NCBI GenBank assembly: GCA_964016885.1
Contig: OZ024742.1
Coordinates: forward strand, 319,610,001 to 319,674,000
Origin: Eledone cirrhosa
Lineage: Eukaryota
Direction of reading: 5' to 3'
Length of the DNA: 64,000 nucleotides
Shown: in pieces, positions 28,460 to 42,510 of the stretch
Layout of the letters: each line of letters starts with the position of its first letter
Position numbering within the stretch: the stretch's first letter is position 1
Made by a program: the position numbers and the translations under genes
Notes under the pieces: generated by a model
The model's database searches: none
What the model was told of the DNA's origin: nothing
The model's input: only the letters and a program-made list of their open reading frames with translations

Positions 28460-29305
28460 GAAGAGAAGACTGTTTGTAGAAGATGCACAGGAGTAACCGA
28501 GGTAGTAGGCATAAACTTCATATGATGTACACAATGTAAATCTTGGGTACACAAGAGATGTAGTGGGATAACAAGTAAGCTAACAAAAAGAGAAAACTTT
28601 GTGTGTAGAGTATGCACAGGAGTAATGAAGAGGAAAATAACCAGTGATGTAAGCCTATTCCAGTCGCAGGATGAACCCATAGAAGTGGTTGATAGCTTCT
28701 GCTATCTAGGCATCATAATTAGCCAGGGATGAGGGTGCTCTGAGAGCATAATAGCTAGAATAAGGATAGGATGGAAAAAGTTTGGAGAGCTACTCCCACT
28801 GTTGACCACAAAAGGTTTCTCCCTACGTACAAAAGTACGACTGTATGATGCCTGTGTGCAAAATATGATGCTGATGGTAGTGAAACGTGCTGTGACTGCA
28901 AAGGACAGGCATAGACTGGAGTGAAATGAAGCAACCATGCTTTGTTGGATGTGCAATATGTGTGAGAGAAATGCAGAGCTTGGACGAGCTGAAGGAGAAG
29001 CTGGATTTAAGAGGAATCCGAGGTGGTGTGCAGTAGAGAAGTCTTTGTTGGTTTGGACATGTGATGCACATGGATAATGATTGCTGTGTGAAGAAGTGCC
29101 AGGAAATGCCAGTGTAAGGAAGTCACAATAGAGGTAGACCAAGAAAGGTCTGGGCAGAGATTGTGAGAGCTGATCTCAAATTGCTAAGACTGGCAGAGGA
29201 GATGACAAAGGATCACGACATCTGGTGACATGCCCTGCTGAAAAGGACCCGTCCAACCTATCTAAGCATGGAAATGGGGACGTAAAAACGATGAGGATGA
29301 TGATC
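28460..29305 (+). mobile_element. Old divergent RTE LINE fragment (PHD-containing) in ASXL intron
   Basis: Has CTQCKSWVHKRCSGI...FVCRVC, VDSFCYLG, WFGHV and a GATGA tail. Confidence 0.82.
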
Positions 29306-29933
29306 TAGCTTTAGCTAAGATCTCCCAGTGTAATCTATCTCGGATGTTATTGTCTTTTAAACTCCAGATATTGGCTGAAAGTGAAGTCATTCCTTCTTAA
29401 AGAGTTTTGAGGTGAATAAAAGTGCATGTATAGACACTGCTTGAATCTATTGGCAGTTAACCCTATGTAAGCCTTACTAGTAGTGGATGTTTATATCAAT
29501 AATCTTTGGATGCAGTTTCAGCTGACCCTTTTGATAGCAAACTGGCTGAAACTGCCTCTTGTTTTATTTATTTTAGAGTGTATAGATTTATCTAAAACCC
29601 TTCCATCATAATTTTGTCAGAAAATTTTTAAAAGTTAACCTATCATTAAAACACATGGGAAACTTCCTATGAGATGCAACCTTATATGAAGACAGCTAAA
29701 CCTATTCAGGTGTGAGCTGTAACAACTGAGACATAAGGCCTCAAAATTTATAGAAGAGGGGTTGAGATTGTGCCTTTATAGACTCTTAGCTTCATTAGAG
29801 GTCTAAATAAAATAAACTGGTCTCAACTTGGAATTGAAGGTAGACCACCACCTTTTTTATGAACTTAATTATATGGAATTGCACATTTTATTAACGTAGT
29901 TGTTTTCAATGTTGATTCATCATTAATTTCCAG

Positions 29934-30010
29934 GAGAATTTACACCTGAAAACCAACAGCGCTTGAAACAAGAAGAGGAGAAAGAACAGACAAAGATGGA
30001 CCCTTGGAAG
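29934..30010 (+). CDS. ASXL: ASXL exon, DEUBAD end
   Basis: AG..GT bounded. Encodes (G)EFTPENQQRLKQEEEKEQTKMDPWK. Confidence 0.96.
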
Positions 30011-30204
30011 GTTAGTTTAATAAAACAACTGTTAGTGTTATAGTTTTTTATCATCATTTTAATGTTGGCTTTTCCATACTGGCATGAGGCAGTTTTTGTA
30101 TAGACAAATGGACTTCCTAATGCCAAGCCATACTTTACTTTTTTTTTTTTTAAGTATACTATATACTATTGTTATTCATTAAACTGCTAAGCTGTCCTTA
30201 ATAA

Positions 30205-31170
30205 AACAAATGTTATGGGCTCTGTTTGTTAGAAAAGCAGATAAAGAAAAAAATGAAGATTGATGAAATGCAGTTTGGATTTGTCTTTGGAATGAAATGA
30301 CTGATGCAATTTTTATTGTGAGATAGTGACAAGTGAAGTACAGGGACAAGAGGAAGAATTTGCTTTTGGGGTTTGTTCATCTGGAGAAAGCTTCTGGTAG
30401 GGTTCCACATGTAGTAGTGACATGGGCATTGAGAGAGTTGGGAGTGGAGGAATGGATGGTTAGAGTAGTTATGACAATGTAGGAGAAAGTGCACACAGTC
30501 ATAAGGATGGGAATGATGTTGAATTTGAAATGAAAGTTGGAGTGCATCCGAGGTTGGTACTAAGCCCACTACTATTTGTAGTTGGGATAGCAGTACCTGA
30601 CATGAAGCATAAAGGAGTATTTACCATGGGAGCTGCTATAAGCAGATGATCTGGTGTGAATAGCAGAAAGTATGGATGGACTGAGGGAGATGATAAATAA
30701 GTGAAAGGAATGTATAGAGGCAAACAGTATAAATATGAATATTGGAAAGACGGTGATAGTGAAAAGTGGCTGCATTCAGTGTGTTGGAGTGACCTCCATT
30801 AAATGTTCAATATGCACTGGGTGAGTACATAAAAAATTTAATGGAGTTATTAAATAATGTGACAGTGTCATTTAAATGTAAAGTGTGTATGCATGAAGTT
30901 ACAAATAGAGAGGATGTAGAGTTGGATCAGACTCTGCATCAGTATCTAAAGTGATATATGCATGGAAGAAGTTCTGGGAACTAAGTGGTTTGCTACTAAA
31001 GGAAGGAATGTCACTGAAATTGAAGGAAAAGGTGTATGCTGCATGTTTGAGAAGAGCCGTTATTTATGGGCATGAGACATGGGTGATCGACCACAAGTAT
31101 CACTGAGAGAAAGGAAGACAATGAATTGCAGATGGGAATAGAACCAATGATGAATGTTGTGAAGAGAAGG
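30205..31170 (+). mobile_element. Highly decayed RTE RT fragment in ASXL intron
   Basis: Has DEMQFGF, VHLEKA, VGVH..LVLSPLLF and WELL*ADDL. Confidence 0.78.
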
Positions 31171-31347
31171 TTAGGGGATTGGTGAGGGGGGGGGGGGGGG
31201 GGGGTGCAGCTGATAAAGGAAAGTAAGATGTCTGTAATGGGGCTTTTTCAGGGAAAATGGTCTTAAAATACTTGTCTAGTTAAATGTACTTTTATTTACA
31301 TAAGATTTTAAGGAGTCTCTTAATGTGTTTGTTGTTTCCTTTTCCAG

Positions 31348-31379
31348 ATGAAGCATTTTGAACAGGTGTGGGGGCAGAG
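31348..31379 (+). CDS. ASXL: ASXL 32-nt micro-exon
   Basis: TTTTCCAG|...|GTAAGT. Encodes MKHFEQVWGQ(R), completing the WK..HFE..WG motif and keeping the frame into the last exon. Confidence 0.93.
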
Positions 31380-31999
31380 GTAAGTGTTTAGCTTTTACTT
31401 CTCATTCTTCTTCATCTACACATAATTAAATTATATAATGCTAGCAATAATCAAATGCCATACGTGTTTGTATATTTATATATATCTCTGTAACTCTTTA
31501 AAATTTACACACAAATATACACACAATGCAGTTCTTATCTCAGTCATGTTACTACAATAAAAAGTTTGCTTTCCAATCACAAGGTCCTGGGTTCCAACCC
31601 TACATTTGTCTCTGTAAATAGCTATTTCTCCAAAGTTACTCATACATTTAATTAATGCTGAACATTTATGTAATTATATCTTAGAAATAAATTATTAAAA
31701 TATCATTCTCATTTTTAATCCCTTCCACTTTAAGCAACATAAACTATACGGTTTCTCTTATGCAAACCATTAATTTATCAAAATGCAAATTTCCCAGTTT
31801 GTATGGTTTTTCATATATATTCAATAATCCTGGTATATATGGCATACTAATCCTTTCAACAGTATTGCTGTGATTATTGACCACACCAGTCCACTAGTAG
31901 GATATATTTATCTCATATACCATATTGTAAAAAGTGTAACAAGGTAAAAAAGTTCCATCATAATTTTATGTACGAACCTCTGTTATAAACACCAGCTTA

Positions 32000-32945
32000 A
32001 TAATGCTCAGAATAGTCATAGGCAATAAAATTATAATTATCTCTACCTATGCACCACAAGCAGGTCTAAGTAAAGAACAAAAAAACATTTCTGTGAGAAA
32101 CTCTTACAAACAACTTGAATTACAGATGACAGAGACCTCATCATCTTATCTGGTGACTGCAATGGACATGTTTGGCAGCACCAAGATGGCTACATCCTGG
32201 TTATGGCTCAAATGAAGAGGGAGCGGGGCTCCTGGAATTCTGTGATGCAAATGAACTGATTATTTGCGACACTAACTTCAGGAAACTGACCAACTTCCTC
32301 ATCGCCTACCAATTGGGCAAACATACAAGCCAGATTGCTTTCTTACTTGTTAGAAAATGGGATAGCCAGATGGTTATGAGAAGAACGCACTACTAAGCAT
32401 AAGTTAGTTATTAGTGATTTCAGAATAAGCACAAGACTGAATAAGAAATACGGGAAAGTTCTATATTACACGTATGATGAGAGGGAGGAGGAGTTAGATA
32501 TATATGACATAGAAGACAATTGGAAGTTCCTACATAACAACCTACTACAGGCTATTGATGAGACTTGTGGCTAGAGCAAAGCACCAGCCAGGTAGAGGGT
32601 GACCTAGTGGTGGAAAAGCACTGTTCATAAATATAAGAGATTGGTGTGGAAAAACTGGAAAAATTAGGGCAGCAAAGATCAGTAGCAGGTAGCTAAGAGA
32701 GAAGCGAGATGACTGAAACACATAGCATGAAAAGAAGGTGAAAGCAGGAGGTTTGCCAATGTTCTGAAACATGAGGATCAGAGACATGAAGTGTTCCTCA
32801 TTACAAAGCAATATATCAGTGTGAATCACAATGTTGTTTGGGAAATGTGTTTGAAATGATAGGAATGCACTTAGCATCACTGAGGCTCAAAAGAAAGAGG
32901 CCTGGAAATGCTACTTAGAGAGGCTGATGAATGTGGAGAATGAGA
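32000..32945 (+). mobile_element. Decayed RTE endonuclease/linker fragment
   Basis: Has ISTYAPQAG, GDCNGH and LLEFCDANELIICDTNFRK. Confidence 0.78.
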
Positions 32946-33056
32946 ATGTGTGTGTGTATGATGGCTTAATAGCTCTTTTTTAATACTAAACTTCTTAATT
33001 GTAATTTTTGTATATTTAAAAACCTTTATCATTATCATGATTATTTTTTTTTCCAG

Positions 33057-35416
33057 AAATCTCACAGATGTTCCTAAAGCTACAAGTTCAACTCCAATTT
33101 CTCGACCACGGTCACCTCAAGTTACCTCTCCAATGCGTCGCAAAACAAAACGAGTTTCCAGTTTATTCAAACCACGTTCATTGGCTGTGACTGGTGGTGG
33201 AGGTAGTAGTGTTAGTAGTAGTAATAGAAGTAGTAGTAGTAGTAGCAGCAGTAGTAATAGTAGTAGTAGTAGTAATAACAAGAGCAGTAATAGTAGTGGT
33301 AATGGAAGTAGAAACAGTAGCAACAGCAATACAAAGTTATCACCTGTTGTCACGTCAGCTGCTGCAATGTCCACAATGTCCAGTTCAGAAGCTGTGGCAG
33401 GTGTAAAGCCAGCAGCCACTACAGTATCTGTTTCCGTTACCACTACTACTACCTCAATTACCACCTCTTTGACTGACCAAGTGATTAGCAGTGTTCCTGA
33501 AGTGATCAAGACATCCCAGATGGATGACCGACTACCTTCGCCTCCTGGTTCCCAGGATATTGCTAGCAATCTGAAGCGCCCCTTATATGTGGCTACTGAC
33601 CTCATTGGTGAGTTGGGTAGTTCAGCTGATTTTGACAGTGTGAGCCCTTCTAAACGTCAAAAGTATTCTCCCAGTCAGAAATTTGGCAATACGAGGATTC
33701 TTGCCCAAACCAAAGCGTCAACTGAAAGCAGTCGACAAACCAAAACATTACATTCACCATGGGGAGGCAGTCCTCAAGAGAAACAAGCTTCTCCTGTAAC
33801 CGCATCCAATACTCCTTTAATACACCCACCTCGCCTTCAGACTGCTTTACTGCAAGTGTCTAAGTCCTCACCACCTGCTACCACTAGCAGCAGTAATAGT
33901 AGCATTAGTGCTGCTGATAGCTGCACTACTGATGTTTCTAAAAACTCTGCCCATACAAATCAGTCCCATGTACTTGCTCAACTTCAGGTACCATCTCAGT
34001 TCTTGGCTGCCACGGTATTAGTAAAGTCTCAACCAAAATCAAAATCTGTTGTTCGAAACAGTGCTAATTCGAGCCAGTCCAAGACAACATCTGTGACAAC
34101 AGCTACGTCATGTACCGAACCAGACACGAGCTCACCGTCCAACGAGTATCGGCAGAATGTTTTTGCATTGTTTCGAAAGTTGCGTAGCAATAACAGCAAC
34201 GACAACAACGATAACTGCAGCAGCAGCAGCAACAACAGTAACTCTAGTTCTAGTGATTCAAGTACTGTAACGGCTTCTGCTTTGTCGCCGACGACAACAT
34301 CATCAACAACAGCAGCAGCAGCAGCAACAACAACAACAGCTGTGGCAGCAACAGCAGCAGCAGCAGTGGCAACATCAACTATTAGTTTTGTTAATAGCAA
34401 CAGTCCCAATAACAACAAGGACAGTCCAAACAGTAATAACATGAACAAAACTGAAAGTGTGCCAACATCAGATAGTAGTTTGGTTCAAGCACAAAAGAAT
34501 AGTGATTCTGTAAACCTGCAACGTTCACATGAAATATGCCAGGCTGTATTTGAGAGAAGTCGAAGTAATTTAAACAAGAGCACAATGGTGTCACTGTTGC
34601 CGAAATCAAGCTGTGTAGCCATTCAGGTAACAACCAATCAGTTTCAACAGCACACGTTTGGTGCACCAAGCATCATTATACCCCAATCAACTATCACCAC
34701 CAGTTCAAATCCACAAAAAGTCACCCCTGCTTCAACAAGTTCCTCAAGCCAATTAGGATCTTCAAAAATTTTGTTCTCACAGTCAGAGTCTGTTCCTAAT
34801 CTCTTTGCTCAGCTACAGAACCCAAAATCAAATTCTAAGCTTGTCATGGGCAGCACATCTTCAATGCTGTCACCATCATCAACCTCATCTCTCTTGGAAG
34901 AAGGTAATGATGACACCAAAGACAACAGTGATAACAACATCAGCAGTGATAAAGATCCCCAGCAGGGGGACAGTTCCAACATGCAGATTGACTCGGCTGG
35001 AAGTTCAGTTGTTGGTATGGAATTATTATCGACATCCACACCATCACTTTCTTCTAACACAGCTACACAGCTGACATCAGCCACAGAGCCAACATCTGCT
35101 GTAAGTGACATGTTAGTAACATCGAGTTCACTGCCCACCAACACCACCACCTCAACAGCCTCAGGAGTTGATGGTTCTGTGACTCTTTCTGTTCCAACCA
35201 ATTCGTCACAATCCCACTCAACATCACTCAATAGTCCCAGAACATCTTTGTCATTGATGTCTTCTACAACAACAACAACAACTACAGCAATGACATCCAC
35301 AGCCTGTTCTTCTCCTTCACTAACTGTAGTTCTAACCTCTACTCTATCTTCTGCTCTCTCTGCAATTAGTCAGTCTCCTGTAGCCATTACTACTTCAACA
35401 GCTACATCTACTTATG

Positions 35417-35464
<48 letters not shown>

Positions 35465-37014
35465 TGCCTGCTTCTACACCAGCCTCAAATATTACCAAGG
35501 AAACTTCATATAAAGATATTCTGACATCAACAAGCAGAAATGAAAAAGCAGCTGTAAAGTCAACTCTTCCTTCATTGTCAGCAACAACAACTGTAACTAC
35601 TAGTAATACTACAACCTCAATCCTAGCTACAGCTTTATTAGCACCTCCTAAAGATTCTAGCTTTGTGCTCAGAATATTAGAGCGGACAGATAAAAACTGT
35701 GAAATGGCATCAGAGTCACCACCACCGCCTCCAATACCACCTGATAAAATCCCGGTGGTGTCTGTCTCTGGCCAGATGGTTGACTCAACCTCACAGACCA
35801 TGGACACTACAGTGGCATTGAGCTGTACTCAAACTGACTCTAGTATCACTACTGCATTGTTAACATCAACAACAACAACAACTGCTGTGGTACCAGCTGC
35901 AAAATTAAAGTCTGTTATGGCAACCATTGCAACTACTACTACTACTACTTCATCCTCCCCCTCTCCTACTGTCTCATCGTCTACTTCCTCCCCTTCCTTT
36001 TCTATGGACAACATGAATCCTGAATATAATCAGTTACCCTCTTCCAAAAGTAGAAAGCTTGATGGTCAGGTTTCTGTTGTACCCCCACGGTCTTCGAGTG
36101 CACCTCCAAGTACATTGTCCACTAAAACTCCTGGTCACACAATCATTGCTGGTAGCAGCACAGAGAACATTGCACGGTCAGCTAGTGTGGACACAAATAT
36201 CAATGCTCTTTACACAAGCAGCACCAACAGCAACATCACCAACAATAACAGCAGCAGTAATCAACTGAAACATGATGATGAGCTGCCTCCAGTGTCAGAA
36301 ACGCTGAGTACCTCCAGCAATGAGGTTGACACTGAACACAAACTCTATCTAACACAACAAGAGGTAAATTTTTTATCGCGAGCTGGCACTGCTACTGCAG
36401 CAGAACAGAAGGAGCCTCCAAGTAACTCAACTTCTGTATCAACCGACGTAACTGGTAGTAATCGTATCCCCACAACCCTACTATCTACTCTAGCACCCTC
36501 TCCCCTGGCTGCAACGCCCATCACCACTATTATAATTACAACCACCAGTTCTATTACGACTACTACTACTACAACATCCAACGTCGCGTCTGGCACCCCT
36601 TCCCAACAGCCCTTACAATCCCCCAATTCCTCACTACTACAGCCAGACACAGTAGGCAGTGTCCAGAACATCGCATTAAGCTTAGCAAACAATGTGGAGG
36701 CGCATATATCTGACCTTTTGAGCACACCCGTGTCCATCATCGCCAGCAGTACCCCTGTACATGTGCTAGCGGCCACCAGCGTTGGAGACCCGATGCACAT
36801 GATTCAGTCAACTGTTTTGCCATCGATGGTTGCTGCTGCTGCCGCTGCTGCAGGTGCAGCTCCTGTCCCAAATGGCAGCTGTGCAATAGCGCAGTCGCCA
36901 AATTGTGCCTGCAGTCTAAAGGCCATGGTGATGTGCAAAAAATGTGGTGCATTTTGTCACGACGACTGTATCGGGCCATCACGTCTATGTGTAACCTGTC
37001 TGATTACAACGTGA
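33057..37014 (+). CDS. ASXL: ASXL terminal exon: ~1318 aa Ser/Thr-rich disordered region plus C-terminal atypical PHD
   Basis: TTTTCCAG acceptor in the matching phase. Has the conserved islands TRILAQTK and [13 protein letters not shown] and ends [32 protein letters not shown]. Confidence 0.97.
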
Positions 37015-37053
37015 CATTGTGTGTTACAGATGTTTTTTTTTTCTGTTCATGTA

Positions 37054-37110
<57 letters not shown>

Positions 37111-37403
37111 GTATTTTTTTTTTAACTTTGTGTGAAAGATGAAAAATTAAGGAAAAAAGAAAGCCATATTAAATAATGATTATGATGTAATAATAATAAT
37201 AAATAATAATAATAAATAATATGATGTTGGTTGATGACATATAAATGCAAGTAGAATCTGGAATGATTGCTTGACCTTGTATTTGTGTATGCATGTGTGT
37301 ACACACACATACATGCATATATGTTAGTGTGCTTGTATATGTGGTGTGGTGTGGTATGTATATATGTGTTTGTGTGTGTGTTTGGTGTGATTATGATGAT
37401 GTA

Positions 37404-37505
37404 CACTGGGTGTTCCAAAATTACCTAGGTATATGAAAATTTATTAAAGGTCTAAGCATGATATTTGACTTTTAAATGCCTAGGTAACCTTTGGAATACT
37501 CTGTG
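37404..37505. repeat. Small imperfect inverted repeat (mariner-type MITE relic) in the presumed ASXL 3' UTR
   Basis: GGGTGTTCCAAAATTACCTAGGTAT pairs with ATGCCTAGGTAACCTTTGGAATACTC. Confidence 0.6.
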
Positions 37506-38151
37506 TGTTTGAGACTGGAAATGATGAAAGAATGTTTGAGACAAAGACTTTATATTAAAACATGAAGAGAAACAAATATAATTATTGAGAAAAACACTTT
37601 AATAAAGAAAGAAAATAATTTTTTTTTTGAAGAAAGAAAGAAAGAAAAAAAGGAATAAAAACGAAAAAACAACATATGAGGAGGAGGAGGAGAAGAAAAA
37701 AAAATGAGATGGAGAGAGAAAATATATATAATTAACTCACCTCCCCTCATCCATAAAAATGTGGAATGAAAAATGAATAAAGAACTTCATGAGACGAAAA
37801 TGTTTGAAAAATAATGATGAAGGATGCCAAATAAATTTTTTTCAAGTGATCAGTAAGAAAATAAAATATAAAAGAAAAAACAAAAATAAAAAAAGTAATG
37901 TGAAAAAGGAAAATAAATTTATGGGGTTGTTTGGGGTGAGGAAGTGATGAAGTATTGTACATGTCTCTATATTCTTCATAACGTCTGGCCTACCAGTTAA
38001 TTTCCCCCCCCCATTTTAAGGGGAGGGGGGCAGGACGCAAAAAAAAAAAAGAAAAAAAAAACTAAAATTTTCTTCAAACAAATTTAATTTTATTTATTTA
38101 TTTATTTATAATTGTTTTATTTAAATGAAACATTGTGAAAAATGTGTGGCC

Positions 38152-38830
38152 AGGATTGTTTTGGGGAAAGCCAGTATAGCACATGTTAGAAATACACAAA
38201 GGAAGGACACCCCCTCTCTCTCTCTCTCTCTCATTATGATTGACCATTGGCTTTGCACTCTTAACTGTTCATAGGTTTCACTCTCCGAATTACAAGACTG
38301 TGCAAGATGTTTTGTGGAAGATGTAGTTGCCCATTCATGCAAGTCTACTCTCTCCACAACACCAAGAGAAAAGTAAAATCCAATTCAGTTTAGCACAAGT
38401 GTTGTTGCAATTAAAGTACCTTGCTCAAGGACACAATGCATTGCTTGGTCTGGGAATAAAACTGAAGGCCTTACATTCGTAAGCCTAGTATTCTAATCAC
38501 TAATTCACATATCTTTAACCCTTTAGCATTTAAACCATCCGTATCTGGCTAGAATTCTCTCACCTCTTTCTGTTCAAACTGGCCGTAATTGGCTGTTCAT
38601 ACCAATGTTACGGTATTGATCTCAAAATGAATAACACAATATTGAATATAGAGTAATGTAAATGCTAAAGAATTAGACATTAGAAATACAAGGAAAAACG
38701 AAAATAAAACAAAACAAACATCTTGAAATATAAGTTAATAGTGTAAACTGTTTTGGTTTCTTATGCTACTCTAGTTTCACTCTTGTATTTCTAATTTGCA
38801 TTGTACTGGCTTCCCCCAAAATAATCCTAA
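38152..38830. mobile_element. MITE with a nested tRNA-SINE (~38380-38510, minus) and piggyBac MITE (38519-38672)
   Basis: Degenerate TIRs AGGATTGTTTTGGGGAAAGCCAGTA / TACTGGCTTCCCCCAAAATAATCCT. A related element lies at ~25940-26350. Confidence 0.6.
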
Positions 38831-39019
38831 CTATATAATCATTTTTTGTTCATTTCTACCTTTGTTTTGTTTTTTTTTGTTTTTTGTTTTTTTTACTATT
38901 TAGTCAGAGGGAAGGAGAGCTCGTGACACCTTTTTTTAGGGTCTCCAAGATTAGTGAGAAGGTATCCTTAAATTTGATGCCTGATCCAAATGATTGCAAT
39001 AGAGTGGATTCCACTAAAG

Positions 39020-40265
39020 ACATCCAAGAGCTAGGCAATGGTGTTAAATCAAGTGGCTGATTAAATTTACTATAAAGTAAACAGCAGCAGGACCTGAACT
39101 CAAAATGCAAAGAGCCAAATACTGCAAGGTATTTAATCTGATGTTTTAATTCTGCCAGCCTACTACTCCAGACTGCTACTTTATTTAACTCAAGAAGATG
39201 AAAGTCAGTGTCCTCTACAGGATTTGAACTCAGTATGCAGAGAACTGGAACAAATATTCCAAAGCATTTTGTCCAATGCTCTAACATTGTGTTTTAAGGT
39301 TATTTTCCTGCCTTAGCAAGGGTTATCATTGCAGATCCCATGACAAGCTTCTCCATTTCACTCTATCATCTGCATACTCTTTCACTAACACACTGGTTAT
39401 CATTTTCTTTATCATCTTTAACCATATCTTACTTGGTCCCTTTCCATTTCTCTTCACAGCATTCATTACTGGCTCCATTCCCATCATCCTCTGCAATTCA
39501 TTGTCTTTTCTCTGATCAATACTCTGATCACCCACTGAACCATTCTCATTTCCATTCTTTCCAGCCTTCTCTGCTACTCCAGATTCATCACCTAACTTAC
39601 TGCATATATTACAAACATCCCTTTGTCACTCATAGCATAAGGAACTCAGTGAACTAGTAATTGGTGCATTGGAAACCTACAAACAGCCAGACTATTGTTC
39701 AATTGTGATATAAAATAAATAAGTGCTTGAGTCTAATCTGATCACTTCTACATCTTTTCCCAAATTTTTTACCTTGTGCCAATGTTAGAAATTATTAGGG
39801 TGGTGGATTAACAGAATTGTTAGAGCATTGGACAAAATAGCTAATCATTATGTTTCATTTTCTTAGCGCAAATCCTGCTAAGTTTGACTTTCACCTTTTA
39901 CCCTTCTGGGTGGAGGGGTGGGTCAATAATATTGAGTACCAATCAAATACTAGGGTCAATATAATCAATTTTCTCCTTCCTGCAAAAATTGCTAGGCTCA
40001 TGCCTAAATTAGAAATAATTATTAATGTAGTGGATTAGCAGAATCTTTAGAATGTCAGAGGTTATGTTGCACAGTATTTGGTAGCATGTTTAGTGTGGGA
40101 GGATATGTTGTGAGGTATTTGTTCTGGTTTCGAATCCTGCGGAGATCAACTTTGCCTCTTATTCTTTTTGGATTTATATAACTGACTTTCTCCTTCTCTC
40201 TAAAATTGCTGGCCTTGTGCCTAAATTAGAAATCGAAAAAAAAAAACTTGTACATAAATTAGAAA
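39020..40265. mobile_element. Cluster of decayed Nin-type SINE units (both strands) and an RTE 3' fragment (~39300-39640, minus)
   Basis: Recurrent CAGAATTGTTAGAGC / AACTTTGCC / TTGCTGGCCTTGTGCCTAAATTAGAAA motifs. The minus strand reads DDRVKWR. Confidence 0.65.
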
Positions 40266-42510
40266 TTATCAGCTTTATTCATTGTTATTTTCCATACTGG
40301 CATAGGATAATACCGACAAAATCAGTACTTAATCGGAGCTACTGTTTCCAAATAGGACAGGAATCACATTCTAGTTTTGGCTCGGTGACAGGAAGAGTAT
40401 CCAGCTGTAGAAACCAACTACTTTACAGACTGCACTGGTTGCAGTTATTGCTCTAACACTAAGGAGGTTGTGATGTCCTTGACATAGCAGAAGAGTCCTT
40501 TGGAGTATATATTTAGCAGAGTTTCTACACCTGGATGCCCTTCCTAACTAGCCAATTTACAGAATGTACTATAATATATTGCTTGTTTTGATGTGTTCAA
40601 GTATTAGCCATTTTGATACCAAACCACTCCTGGTTCTACAATTTTATCGAAGAACATTTGTTAATTTACACTCTAAACACCTGCTTATTAAGTTATATTA
40701 CTAAATCCTCTAAATTCCTGATTATTTTCAAAATCATTTGAAAATATGGTAAGAAATGAGGTTAAACTTTCAATAAGCTTAACTGTTGAATCAAATTGAA
40801 ATCTTTAATCATAATGAGACAAATTCTAATGTTTATGCTTTCACCAAGCATAACTGGAACAACAAAGATGTAATCAAATTATTTTAAATCAATGAAACAT
40901 AGAAATTTCCACAAGTCCCTGTAAATTATTAAACTGAATGGCCGCCTGTTGCTTCAAATCTGACCTGCATCTGTTGTTAAGTTCAGTTACACATTATGCC
41001 ATCATAGCACTTAGATTGTATTGCCCTTTGTAAGTATGTGATTGTACACGTCCTCTTCTCCCTTCCTTTCTCTTGATTGAATAATGGCTGTGAAGATCCT
41101 AATGATTGACACTTTCGTTTCCTCTCCTTATGTATTTCAAGTCTAATCCCTATATTATTGTGAATGTACATGGCCTAATAGTCCGGATCATACAGTTGTG
41201 TTTGATTCTTATTGAGCAAGCCACTTCATTTCACTTTGCTGGAGGTTAACTCTGCAATGTACTGATAGTATATTGTACTCTCATTTACCACCTGGGCTCA
41301 AGACCAACTTTAACTTTAGTGAGCTGCTGAACGCTGGCATTGGAGCCTTTGTGAATTAAGTCTGCAGCTAAATACCAGCTGCATCAGCCAGTCCACCTCA
41401 TGAGACTTCTTCACAATTTAGCAGAATAAAACAGTAGTCTGGAGACAGGAAAGTATGCAGAGTTTTAACTTTAGTAAGTCTTGATTCAACAAAAAGAATA
41501 AAGAAAAATACTTTAAAATACAGTTTGTAACTAAGAAATGTTTTTAACTAAATATTCATAAAATTGATAAAATTTCATATATCTAGAGATTATCAACAAC
41601 ACGCAGTTTGGAAACTTATGGGCTAAGATAAAAAGTTATTTCCCTGTATTTGCAGGTTTAGGAACAGTTGTGTGCAAATGATTCCACAAAAGAAAAGATG
41701 GTTGAAATGTCTGGCTGAGTTTCTATCTTCAGACAAAATCAATATATAACATAGTATATAAGTTTCATCTTCATAAATACTTCTGGATAATGGCAATTTA
41801 AATTTATATAGCAGCACTTCCAGTTGATACTACAGTAGATAAGGTTAGAGAAGATGCAGTCAGTGATTGGGGAACGATTGTAAAGGTATTTCTGTATCAA
41901 AAGGGATAATTGTGGCAGTTATAGATGTTGCACAGAAGGGAGCTCTAACCAAGAGGTCTTGCAATTGTCCCTTAAAAAGAGCAAGTTGTGTGTCTAGTGA
42001 AATGAAGTGTAAGTCACAGAGCACAGTCCATGTGTACCTTTTTTATGCTAGATGGCTGCATGACATCCAATGTGGCAACATTTGTACAGAAAGATTTTTT
42101 TTTAATGAGCCATAATCATTTGAAAAGATAGACATTATATATCAGAAACAATACGTGAATTTTCTCAATATTAAAAAGGAAAATCTATATTCCTGTTGAG
42201 TAATTAAAGAAATTGCGAGCAGGTAATGGTAGTTTTAGAGTGTTAGTTGAAAAAAAAAAAAAAGTCCAGGTGTTATTGTGAATTTGTAAAATAGAGATGT
42301 GGAAATATAAGGGCTATTGAAAGTGATAAAGATTATGACAGGTGAACGAATTTTGAAATTGGGCGTAAATTGCCCATTTGAGAATGGAAAACGGTGAATT
42401 CATCTTAATACCACAAGACCCTGGCATTTAATCGTAATTTCAGAGTTGTTTCCCTTGCCTTGTATAAGAATTATCATTATTAAATAACTCGATAAAATAA
42501 AGTACCAGTA

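Noticed and set aside
33117-36982. Antisense and alternative-frame ORFs (poly-Leu/poly-Val) over the ASXL last exon
   Set aside because: They are shadows of trinucleotide-rich coding sequence.
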